DNA of 64,000 bases, from assembly GCA_043814605.1 (NCBI GenBank), contig JBDRJV010000037.1, positions 163,902 to 227,901 on the forward strand, read 5' to 3'. A program made the position numbers and the translations under genes. Positions 9,888-18,554 of the stretch are shown here, one piece after another. Numbering within the stretch: the first letter of the stretch is position 1; the number at the start of each line of letters is the position of its first letter. Below the pieces are notes generated by a model that had not been told where the DNA came from, made no database searches, and saw only the letters and a program-made list of their open reading frames with translations. This DNA is from Candidatus Omnitrophota bacterium. Lineage in GTDB: Bacteria > Omnitrophota > Gorgyraeia > B26-G9.

Positions 9888-11782
9888 TTAATGCAATAGC
9901 CGGATATATAAATAGTATTGAGAAAATTTCCAATACTTTGTTAGAAAAAATGGCCCAAACCATAAAGCACTCTCCGAATATTAATATGGATACTTGGCAG
10001 GATCAGGTGTTGGCGATTTCACAAGCCAGCTATAAAACTGCAAAATCATTTAATGCCCCGATATTTAATGCAAACAATACTCTTAAACTCGTGATGGTGG
10101 GGGAAATTTTTGATTATGAGAAACAGAAGTTAGAACTTATTCAGCGGGGTTATAAATTTAAATTTCCCGATAGTGCGGCTGAATTTTGCTTACATCTTTA
10201 CGAAGAAAAGGGCAATGCTGCGTTTTGCCAACTAAATGGATCGTTTGGCTTAGCGATTTATAATACAAAAACAAGTGAATTTTTATTAGTGAGTGATCGT
10301 TTTTCTTCGCAGCCTATTTTTTATCATCTAACTAATAAAAAAACATTATTATTTGGATCTCAGGTAGCTTCTATCTTAAAGTCCAATGAGGTTTCGCGGG
10401 AATTAGATAGAGAAGCGGTTTTTGAATATTTTACTTTTCTGCAGGTTTTTGGGACTAAAACGTTCTGCAAAAATATAAAAATGCTTGAACCGGCAACAAT
10501 ACTGACTTACATTAATGGAAAGATTTCTTTTTCACAATACTGGAGTTTTAAATATCAGGAAAAATGTGGTTCCGAACAATATTATGTGGAAAGATTAGCA
10601 AAAACCATAAAAACAGCTGTGCAAAGAAGAACACAGGGGAATGACCGCTTGGGGTTGTTATTAAGCGGAGGATTAGATTCGAGGATTATCTTGGCAGCTG
10701 CGGATAAGGAGATGGTCTGCTTTACCGTCGGAGATTTTGAGAATCGAGAGGTTAAAACGGCAAAAAAAATTTGTCAAGCTAAGGGATGCAAGCATATTTT
10801 TCTAAAACGAGATGTTGACCACTATGTAAATCTTTGGGAAAAAGCTGTAGATATTGGCGATAGTTTGTATTGTTTTACGCATGCTTACGCAATTGGTTTT
10901 TTCGAACAAATTACCAGGGAATGTGATGTTGTATTTCATGGCTATGCACTGGAGCGATTTTTTAGAGGAACAATGTTGGCTCAGAAAAAATTTTCTTTAT
11001 TCGGTACCACTATTTTTAATTGGCTGGATAATCTTAAAGGGAGTTGTCTGGCGCGGCAAATTTTAAGTAAATTCAAAACTAGTTTTTATGCGCTAGATCC
11101 AGCGCAGCTTTTTTCTCAGAAAAATTATGATGTATTTGATAAAATTTTATTAGAATCAATCAAGAAAATTACCGATGAATCAGAAAATAATTGTGATCAT
11201 AAACAGGATCAATTCCTTTGGGCGAATACACGTTATCCCCAAGGCTTTGCTTTCCTGAATGTTTCTTCGATCAGAGCATTTATGAATGAACGCAGTATTA
11301 TTTTTGACAATGACCTTATCGATCTTCATCTGGAAATGCCGCTTAAGTATCGAGCCAATAGCAGGATTTGGAAAAAAGTTATTGCTCAATTGAATTCTAA
11401 AATTGCGAGTGTTCCTAATTCAAACCAAGGATTGAAAATATGGCAAAAGGCAGTGAATAAATTATTTTTTAGAAAACCGGAAAAATTGCCGGCTCCGATA
11501 TTTACCCAAGGATCGTGGCCAAACTTTTTGTTATTTATCCGTTATCATAAAAAGATGCGCGATTTAATAGAAAAGATAATAAAAGATCAGGAGAACATTT
11601 CGCCGGATATTTTTAATTTACAAAAAATTGACCAAGTATATAAGGAATACATGAATGGGAAAAATGAATATTCAATATTGTTATATCTTTTACTTACATT
11701 TGGAACATGGTATAAAAAACATGGACTAAAAATATTTTCTAACAATTTAAAGCAGGATGGGAGTAAAGTAAATGAAGAATGA
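9884..11782 (+). CDS. asparagine-synthase-related amidotransferase/amide ligase lacking N-terminal Cys
   Basis: GEIFD, LNGSF, DRF, LLLSGGLDSR PP-loop; N-terminus is MINAIAG rather than MCGI. Confidence 0.75.
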   Translation: MINAIAGYINSIEKISNTLLEKMAQTIKHSPNINMDTWQDQVLAISQASYKTAKSFNAPIFNANNTLKLVMVGEIFDYEKQKLELIQRGYKFKFPDSAAEFCLHLYEEKGNAAFCQLNGSFGLAIYNTKTSEFLLVSDRFSSQPIFYHLTNKKTLLFGSQVASILKSNEVSRELDREAVFEYFTFLQVFGTKTFCKNIKMLEPATILTYINGKISFSQYWSFKYQEKCGSEQYYVERLAKTIKTAVQRRTQGNDRLGLLLSGGLDSRIILAAADKEMVCFTVGDFENREVKTAKKICQAKGCKHIFLKRDVDHYVNLWEKAVDIGDSLYCFTHAYAIGFFEQITRECDVVFHGYALERFFRGTMLAQKKFSLFGTTIFNWLDNLKGSCLARQILSKFKTSFYALDPAQLFSQKNYDVFDKILLESIKKITDESENNCDHKQDQFLWANTRYPQGFAFLNVSSIRAFMNERSIIFDNDLIDLHLEMPLKYRANSRIWKKVIAQLNSKIASVPNSNQGLKIWQKAVNKLFFRKPEKLPAPIFTQGSWPNFLLFIRYHKKMRDLIEKIIKDQENISPDIFNLQKIDQVYKEYMNGKNEYSILLYLLLTFGTWYKKHGLKIFSNNLKQDGSKVNEE

Positions 11783-13634
11783 TGAATATAACCTTCTGGG
11801 AAACGTTAAAAGCATTAAAGATTTAAAAAAAATTAAAAAAAGCGAATTACCGGTATTGGCACAGGAAATACGTCAGTTTATTATTGAGAATGTTGCCAAG
11901 ACCGGCGGGCATCTGGGAGCTTCTTTAGGTGCTGTAGAATTAACCGTAGCGTTGCATTATTTTTTTAACAGCCCCAAGGATAAAATTATCTGGGATGTGG
12001 GGCATCAAGCGTATGCGCATAAGATTTTAACCGGGAGGAAGGATTTATTTTCTACACTGCGTCAAAAAGCAGGGATCAGTGGTTTTCCCCGTATCAATGA
12101 GAGTGAACATGATGCTTTTGGCACAGGGCATGCTTCTACTTCTCTATCTGCGGCATTAGGATTTGCTTGTGCCCGTGATTTAAAAAAAGAGAATCATGAA
12201 GTAATTGCGATTATCGGAGACGGAGCAATGACCGGAGGTAATGCATTGGAAGCAATTAATCAGGTGGGGTATCTTAATACTAAGCTGATTGTAATTCTTA
12301 ATGATAACCGGATGTCAATTTCTGAAAATGTGGGGGGATTATCTAAATATACGCATCGGATAGAACATACTGATGTTTACCAGCAGATAAAAGATACAAT
12401 GCATGAGTTGATTGAAAAAGGAAACGGATTAAGGGAAAAACTTTTAGAATTAAAAGCACACTTAAAAGAGGTTGGTTCTCCCGGATTGCTTTTTGAAAAA
12501 CTCGGATTTGATTATATTGGTCCGATTGACGGGCATGACATCAGGAGTATTTTAGAGGCTTTAAATACAGCAAAAAATACTAAGGCTCCGAGCTTAATTC
12601 ATTGCCGGACGATTAAGGGAAAAGGGTATACTCATGCGGAAAATGATAAGTCAAGATTTCATGGGATCAGTGCTTTTGATATTGATAGCGGGTGTAATAT
12701 TGATTGTCCGGGCCAATTAACATATACGCAGGTATTTAGTAATAGTTTAGTGGAATTAGCGCAAAAAGATGAAAAAATTGTGGCAATTACAGCGGCAATG
12801 CCAGATGGGACAGGGCTTACTGCATTTGCGCAAAAATTTCCCAAAAGATTTTTTGATGTGGGTATTGCTGAACAGCATGCAGTAGTTTTTGCCGCAGGAT
12901 TAGCATGTGCAGGGTTTAAACCTGTAGTAGCAATTTATTCTACTTTTTTACAAAGAGCTTATGATGCTATAATTCATGATGTGTGTTTACAAAAACTTCC
13001 GGTTATTTTTGCCATTGATCGGGCGGGTATTGTTGGTGAAGACGGAGCTACGCATCAGGGAGTATTTGATATTTCTTATTTAAGACATATCCCTGGAATT
13101 ACAATCCTTGCTCCTTCTAATAAGCAGGAATTAGTTCAAATGCTTGGGTTTGCTTTAAAATTAAAAAAACCAGTTGCTTTACGTTATCCTCGAGGATGTT
13201 GTGTTGAAATTAACAATAGAAAATTAACTGCCTTAGAATTGGGAAAATGTGAAATAATCTCAAAAGGGAATAATTTAACAATTGTGTCTATTGGCACAAT
13301 GTTGGAGCCGGCATTTTTGGCTGCCCAGGAACTTAAAAAACAAGGCATTTCGGTAACCTTAATTAATGCGCGGTTTGTAAAACCTTTAGATCCTGTGATT
13401 GCAGAAATTATAAATGAAACAGGAAAAGCGATTATTATTGAAGAAAATACTAAAAAAGGCGGCTTTGGTAGTGCAATCCTGGAATTATGCCAAGAAAATA
13501 GATTACAAGCAGATATTCGAATCTTAGGGGTTAAAGATGATTTTGTAGAGCATGCTTCACAAGAAATAGCGCATCAGGAACAGGCGCTTACAGCGGATGA
13601 AATAATAAAAATAGGGAAGAAATTATATGGGTAA
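11772..13634 (+). CDS. dxs: 1-deoxy-D-xylulose-5-phosphate synthase
   Basis: GGHLGASLGAVEL, WDVGHQAYAHKILTGR, GDGAMTGG, LNDN, DVGIAEQHA, DRAG.VGEDGATHQG. Confidence 0.97.
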   Translation: MKNDEYNLLGNVKSIKDLKKIKKSELPVLAQEIRQFIIENVAKTGGHLGASLGAVELTVALHYFFNSPKDKIIWDVGHQAYAHKILTGRKDLFSTLRQKAGISGFPRINESEHDAFGTGHASTSLSAALGFACARDLKKENHEVIAIIGDGAMTGGNALEAINQVGYLNTKLIVILNDNRMSISENVGGLSKYTHRIEHTDVYQQIKDTMHELIEKGNGLREKLLELKAHLKEVGSPGLLFEKLGFDYIGPIDGHDIRSILEALNTAKNTKAPSLIHCRTIKGKGYTHAENDKSRFHGISAFDIDSGCNIDCPGQLTYTQVFSNSLVELAQKDEKIVAITAAMPDGTGLTAFAQKFPKRFFDVGIAEQHAVVFAAGLACAGFKPVVAIYSTFLQRAYDAIIHDVCLQKLPVIFAIDRAGIVGEDGATHQGVFDISYLRHIPGITILAPSNKQELVQMLGFALKLKKPVALRYPRGCCVEINNRKLTALELGKCEIISKGNNLTIVSIGTMLEPAFLAAQELKKQGISVTLINARFVKPLDPVIAEIINETGKAIIIEENTKKGGFGSAILELCQENRLQADIRILGVKDDFVEHASQEIAHQEQALTADEIIKIGKKLYG

Positions 13635-14181
13635 ATATAAGAATAATTTCGATGATCAGTTAATTTTAGTTGACAAAAGTGATCAGGTTTTAGGCTATCA
13701 AGCAAAAGATAAATGTCACGAAAGTAATGGAATACTGCACCGGGCTTTTTCGATATTTTTATTTAATGACCAAAAACAGTTGCTTTTACAGCAAAGAAGT
13801 AAAGAAAAATTGCTGTGGCCGCTTTTTTGGTCAAATAGCGTATGTTCACACCCGCGTTATGGAGAATCTATGGAAAAGGCGGCAAAACGCCGCCTGCAGG
13901 AAGAATTGAATACAAAAACGCAATTACACTATTTATTTAAATTTGATTATCAGGTTCAATTTAAAGATATTGGAGCAGAAAATGAATTATGTTATGTGTA
14001 TATAGGAAAAGTCAATAATCCAATTGTTATTAATAAAAATGAAATTGCTGATTTTAAATATATAGATTACCGAGAAATTTCTTCTGAGATTAATAAACAA
14101 AGTAATTGTTTTACTCCCTGGTTTAAGATTGAATGGGAAAGAATCGAAAAAGAATATTTACCGGTTATTATGAAGCTATGA
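13627..14181 (+). CDS. idi: isopentenyl-diphosphate delta-isomerase, type 1
   Basis: LHRAFSIFLFN, LLLQQRS, WSNSVCSHP, ENELC, FTPWF. Confidence 0.95.
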   Translation: MGKYKNNFDDQLILVDKSDQVLGYQAKDKCHESNGILHRAFSIFLFNDQKQLLLQQRSKEKLLWPLFWSNSVCSHPRYGESMEKAAKRRLQEELNTKTQLHYLFKFDYQVQFKDIGAENELCYVYIGKVNNPIVINKNEIADFKYIDYREISSEINKQSNCFTPWFKIEWERIEKEYLPVIMKL

Positions 14182-14290
14182 ATAGTAATTTATGAGATTG
14201 ATGTTTGTTCTCTAACCAATTGAAAAATCAATCAGATTACTAGTATTCGGCTAAGTATTTTCTATAAAATCAGTCAAATTCCCGCCCCTA

Positions 14291-14318
14291 TTGCAAAAGT
14301 TAAAATATAGTGTATAAT
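14291..14318 (+). promoter_or_regulatory. candidate sigma70 promoter upstream of EPS operon
   Basis: TTGCAA-16 nt-TATAAT. Confidence 0.5.
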
Positions 14319-14516
14319 TAAATCTTTAAGTAACTTGCTTGTATTAAATGTTACGGACTGTCTAGGACATACTACGACTGTCCATTTTTTTATACATTAT
14401 TTAACAAATATCTAATTTACACAATTTTCGAAAAATATTAGACAAACCATATCTTTATAACTTTTTGTACAATAAAAAGATATGAATTAAATAAATTAAG
14501 CATAATAATTCTTAGT

Positions 14517-14534
14517 TTGGCATAAATTATGCTT
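14517..14534 (+). promoter_or_regulatory. candidate sigma54 (-24/-12) promoter
   Basis: TTGGCATAAATTATGCTT, GG-N10-GC spacing, about 120 nt before the MerR-like gene. Confidence 0.55.
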
Positions 14535-14656
14535 GTAATAGTCTGTATTTTTATGTAGCAGACATTCTCATACAATGCCAGACACCAGATTATCAGAATT
14601 AAAGTTTATAAAATAATTCATTTATTGAAAGGAAGTTAAAGAAGGAGAGAAGTATT

Positions 14657-14854
14657 ATGATGAATGGCAGGTTAAGTATTACTGAGGCAGCTGAGCAAAT
14701 TGAGGTTTCTCCTAAAACCATAATTCGCTGGGAAAAAGCTGGAAAAGTAAAAAAAGCCAAAAGAGATTGGCGAGGCTGGAGGTTTTATACTTACGAGGAT
14801 TTGCAGCAGCTAAAAAGTTTTAAGGCAACTGTTTATTACACACAAGACGCATAA
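14657..14854 (+). CDS. small MerR-family helix-turn-helix protein
   Basis: SITEAAEQIEVSPKTIIRWEKAG...RDWRGWRFYT; AAGGAG RBS. Confidence 0.85.
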   Translation: MMNGRLSITEAAEQIEVSPKTIIRWEKAGKVKKAKRDWRGWRFYTYEDLQQLKSFKATVYYTQDA

Positions 14855-14870
14855 ACAAGAGGAGTAAATA

Positions 14871-15686
14871 ATGAAAAATAAAATTGTGATTTTAGCAAGG
14901 TGTATTCTAATCAGTTTTATCGGAACAGTTTTTGTGTTCGCGCAGCTTCTTTTTGCGCAGACAGTGGAAGTAGATTCTAATTTAGATTCAAAGATTAATG
15001 TAAAAGTTAGTAAAAAACCAAAGGGAAAATTCAATAAAAGAGCCGAATATAAAATTAAAAAAGAGGAATACGGTGAATATACTTTAGGTAAAGATGATGT
15101 TATTGAAATTACGGTTCGCCGGCACTCGGAATTTAGCGGCCGTTTTCCGATTGGCGCTAATGGAAAAATTCAGTATCCTTTTGTGGGAGACATTGAACTT
15201 ACCGGATTAACAAAAACAGAAGCAATAAATAAATTGCAGGGTATTTTAAAGGAATATGTTGAATCTGCGGAAGTTGATATTACAATTATTGAATATAACA
15301 GTAAAGTAGTTTATATGGTTGGACAAGTGGCTCGCCCGGGCCGATATAGCATGAGAGCTGAATTTATGCCAGTACGTGATGCGGTTTTAGTAGCGGGTTT
15401 ACCGCGGGAAAATATTGCGTCATTACGCCGTGCAATAATTATTCGTCCAGTTGAAGAAGGTAAACCAATTGTAAAAAAAGTTAACATGTTAAGTTTGCTT
15501 TATGATGGTAATTTAAAAATAAATTATGATTTACGTTCCGGTGATATTGTGTATTTGCCTTCAACTGCTCTTTATAAAGTAAGTACGATTTTAGACCAGA
15601 TAGTTTCCCCGTTTTTCCGTAGTTCCACAGCGTATAATACCTGGGAAGAAGATGTGTTGTACCGGGATCAACCGAGACGGGATTAA
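14871..15686 (+). CDS. polysaccharide export protein (Wza/Poly_export + SLBB)
   Basis: Signal peptide; YTLGKDDVIEI, GKIQYPFVG, GLT, VGQVARPG, LRSGDIVYLP. Confidence 0.85.
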   Translation: MKNKIVILARCILISFIGTVFVFAQLLFAQTVEVDSNLDSKINVKVSKKPKGKFNKRAEYKIKKEEYGEYTLGKDDVIEITVRRHSEFSGRFPIGANGKIQYPFVGDIELTGLTKTEAINKLQGILKEYVESAEVDITIIEYNSKVVYMVGQVARPGRYSMRAEFMPVRDAVLVAGLPRENIASLRRAIIIRPVEEGKPIVKKVNMLSLLYDGNLKINYDLRSGDIVYLPSTALYKVSTILDQIVSPFFRSSTAYNTWEEDVLYRDQPRRD

Positions 15687-15717
15687 AAACATATTTTAAA
15701 ACAATAAGGAGTTAATA

Positions 15718-16959
15718 ATGCAGGCAAATATGATTAATTATTTACAAATATTTTTTAGAAGAAAACACTTATTCCTTTACCCCTTTTTATTCACAGTTTT
15801 TGTCGCGGTTGTTTTAAGTTTTGTGCTGCCGAAAACATATGTTTCCAGTTCCGCTATTTTAATTGAAGAAGAAAACGTGCTTAATCCATTAATTAGCGGA
15901 TTGGCAATATCCAGCAGTGTTGCGGACAGGCACAGAATAATCCGGGAGCAAATTTTGAGCTGGAAAAGCTTAACCGAATTAACCCGGCGGTTAAAACTTG
16001 ACGAAAAGATTAAAACACAATTCAGCTATGAAGAATTAATAAAAGATTTACGTGATCATATAGTAGTTGAGTTGCGCGGCCCGCAATTAGTAACAATATC
16101 TTACAACGGAAGAATTCCTAAAGATGTTCAGCTCGTCGCTAAAGAACTTACAGATATTTTTATCCATCAAAATGTCGAAGCTCAGACAAAGGAAACAGAT
16201 GTTGCGGTTAATTTTTTACAGGATCAGCTGAAATTATACCGGCGGAAAATTAAAGAAGATGAAATTAAAAATCTTGAAGGAGAATTAGAAAATTTATTAG
16301 TGGATTCAACGGTCAAACACCCGCTAGTCAAAAATTTGAAAGCACGTATTGCAAAATTAAAAGAGGACTTTCAAAAAGATGATATCGACATAAAGATAAA
16401 ACCGACCAAAGCCTCTTTAAATAAAGATGTCATTTCCTATTTAATAATGAAAGAACTTCAAAAAGATTCTCAGGCTCCTGAATCACCGGATCAAGCCGAA
16501 GATATTTCTTTAACGGAAAGGATTGAAGGATTGCCTTTAGATTCGACTGTAAACGAAGAAATTTATTCGATGCTCTTAGAACGATTGGAAACAGCAAAAA
16601 TAACTAAACAGCTGGAGACTTTTAAGGAAGGAACACGTTTTACAATTATTGACCCGCCGAGATTACCGCTAAAACCGGTAAAACCCGATCCGGTTAAGTT
16701 TTTACTTTATGGCATTGGTTTAGGTGCTTGCGTCGGGTACGGCTGTATTCTGCTTGCGGAAATGGTTGACCGTTCTTATAAAAACATCACGGATACTAAA
16801 GTGGAATTAGAGCGGCCTCTTTTGGGTGTGATTTCGGCAATTATTACCGAAGATGAGTTTTACCGTCGTAAAAACGGGGCAAAGTTTACGTATACAGTAA
16901 TGGCTGCATTTTTTGCTTTAATGGTGATTATTGTTTTAATTTTTTCAATTGTTAGATAA
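15718..16959 (+). CDS. polysaccharide co-polymerase (Wzz/GumC, Wzc periplasmic part)
   Basis: Two terminal TMs, LPKTYVSSSAIL, coiled coil, IIDPPRLPLKPVKP. Confidence 0.85.
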   Translation: MQANMINYLQIFFRRKHLFLYPFLFTVFVAVVLSFVLPKTYVSSSAILIEEENVLNPLISGLAISSSVADRHRIIREQILSWKSLTELTRRLKLDEKIKTQFSYEELIKDLRDHIVVELRGPQLVTISYNGRIPKDVQLVAKELTDIFIHQNVEAQTKETDVAVNFLQDQLKLYRRKIKEDEIKNLEGELENLLVDSTVKHPLVKNLKARIAKLKEDFQKDDIDIKIKPTKASLNKDVISYLIMKELQKDSQAPESPDQAEDISLTERIEGLPLDSTVNEEIYSMLLERLETAKITKQLETFKEGTRFTIIDPPRLPLKPVKPDPVKFLLYGIGLGACVGYGCILLAEMVDRSYKNITDTKVELERPLLGVISAIITEDEFYRRKNGAKFTYTVMAAFFALMVIIVLIFSIVR

Positions 16960-16969
16960 AGGAGTTAAA

Positions 16970-17746
16970 ATGAAAAACTTTCTCAATTTTTTAAAAACAT
17001 TTCAGGATAAACAGTTAGACGCATTGAACATGCCCTCTTTACCCAAAGAATTTATATTAAAAAAAGTAAGGGATTCAAATATTAATCCGCATATCGTTTC
17101 TTATTTTGACCCAAAATCGCCGATTTCCGAACAATACCGCAGATTAAGAGAAAATATTAAGACTCTCAATAAACAAAACCAGATAAAAACCTTAGCAATT
17201 ACGAGCGCAATAAGCAACGAAGGTAAATCAACGTCTGTTTTAAATCTGGCGGTGACAATGACGAAAGATGTTGACTGTAAGAATGTTTTAGTGATTGATT
17301 GTGATCTGCGCCGGGGAACAATCGGTGATTCTTTAGATATAAAATCAAAAGTCGGCCTTTCAGATTATTTATTGTTGGGTGCGGATGTGGAAAATATTAT
17401 TTATAAAACTAAAATTGAAAAGCTTTCCATTATCCCGCGCGGGAAAATTGCCGAAGACCCCGCAGAATTATTAGCTTCGATTAAAATGCAAACATTGCTA
17501 GATAAAGTGAAGGGAAAATTTGATTTTATAATTTTAGATACATCTCCGGTTATTGCGGTAGCAGATAGCGGGATTGTCTGTGCGCTGGTTGATGGGGTAA
17601 TTATGGTAATTTGTGCCGGTAAAACCCAGCGCGGGATTGTAAAACATGCGGCAGAGCTTTTAGCTCAAGGCAAGGCAAATTTACTCGGATATATTTTAGC
17701 CCATATTGAATATCCGATTCCGGATTATATTTATCGGTACATTTAA
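16970..17746 (+). CDS. CpsD/CapB-family bacterial tyrosine kinase
   Basis: SEQYRRLR, Walker A EGKS, IDCDLRR, IILDTSP, Tyr-rich C-tail; ATG after AAGGAG at 16970. Confidence 0.9.
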   Translation: MKNFLNFLKTFQDKQLDALNMPSLPKEFILKKVRDSNINPHIVSYFDPKSPISEQYRRLRENIKTLNKQNQIKTLAITSAISNEGKSTSVLNLAVTMTKDVDCKNVLVIDCDLRRGTIGDSLDIKSKVGLSDYLLLGADVENIIYKTKIEKLSIIPRGKIAEDPAELLASIKMQTLLDKVKGKFDFIILDTSPVIAVADSGIVCALVDGVIMVICAGKTQRGIVKHAAELLAQGKANLLGYILAHIEYPIPDYIYRYI

Positions 17747-17799
17747 AAAGTCAATAGTTGACAGTAACTAGCTGATGGCTGATAGCGTTTAGAAAAAAA

Positions 17800-17924
17800 G
17801 TTATGAATTACGAGTTACGAGTGATAAATGAAAAGCGGAAAAGCAGATAAAAATTGAGAAACGATGGACGATCGCTTCGCTAGGATGAAGGACGAGTGAC
17901 AAGTGATGAGTGACGAGTGATAAA
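17800..17924 (+). repeat. degenerate heptamer arrays (GTTACGA/GTGACGA), left arm of four-helix cassette 1
   Basis: gttatga attacga gttacga gtgataa (17800-17827); ggatgaa ggacgag tgacaag tgatgag tgacgag tgataaa (17883-17924). Confidence 0.85.
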
Positions 17925-18000
17925 AAAAACTAAAACTAATTAACAATATAAAACAAGAAATTAATAATATTAAAATTCAATTATTAGGGGCAAATTTAAG

Positions 18001-18375
18001 GTGAATGTTAAAATGAGTAGTGATAATAATATTGTTGATAGAAGTTATAAATTTGCTTTGGAAATTATTAAATTAGTTAATTTTTTACCAAAAAGTACTA
18101 GTGGAACTGTAATTGGTAATCAGATAATGAAATCAGGGACATCCATAGGCGCTAATGTGGAAGAAGCACAAGGATCTGCGAGTAAAAAAGATTTTACTAA
18201 TAAAATGGCAATATCTAAAAAAGAAGCCAGAGAAACAAGGTATTGGCTTAGATTAATAAAGGATTCAGGAATTCTAAAAGAAAATGAGTTGGAGAATTTG
18301 CTTAAAGAAATTGATGAAATATTAAAAATTCTTACAGCTATTGTGAAAACATCAAAAGCTAACTTAAAATGTTGA
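18001..18375 (+). CDS. four-helix-bundle protein (23S rRNA IVS protein/TIGR02436-like family), copy 1
   Basis: QIMKSGTSIGANVEEAQ, KKDF, KKEARETRYWLRL. Confidence 0.9.
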   Translation: MNVKMSSDNNIVDRSYKFALEIIKLVNFLPKSTSGTVIGNQIMKSGTSIGANVEEAQGSASKKDFTNKMAISKKEARETRYWLRLIKDSGILKENELENLLKEIDEILKILTAIVKTSKANLKC

Positions 18376-18403
18376 TTCTATTTGTTGTTTTTTGCTTTTA
18401 GGT

Positions 18404-18536
18404 TTTTAACTTATAACTTGTCAATCGTAATTTGTAATTAGTAAGGTAATTCATAATTAGTAATTTATAACTATCAGGTGTTTTTAACTTATAACTTGTA
18501 ACTCGTAATTTGTAACTATTAAGGTAATTCATAATT
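18404..18536 (+). repeat. reverse-complement heptamer arrays (TCGTAAC/TTATAAC), right arm of cassette 1
   Basis: ttttaac ttataac ttgtaac tcgtaat ttgtaac, block present twice. Confidence 0.85.
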
Positions 18537-18554
18537 TTACAAAGGTAACAAAAC

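Noticed and set aside
18001-18375. 23S rRNA intervening sequence in the literal sense
   Set aside because: Flanks are protein-coding EPS genes; no rRNA sequence is present
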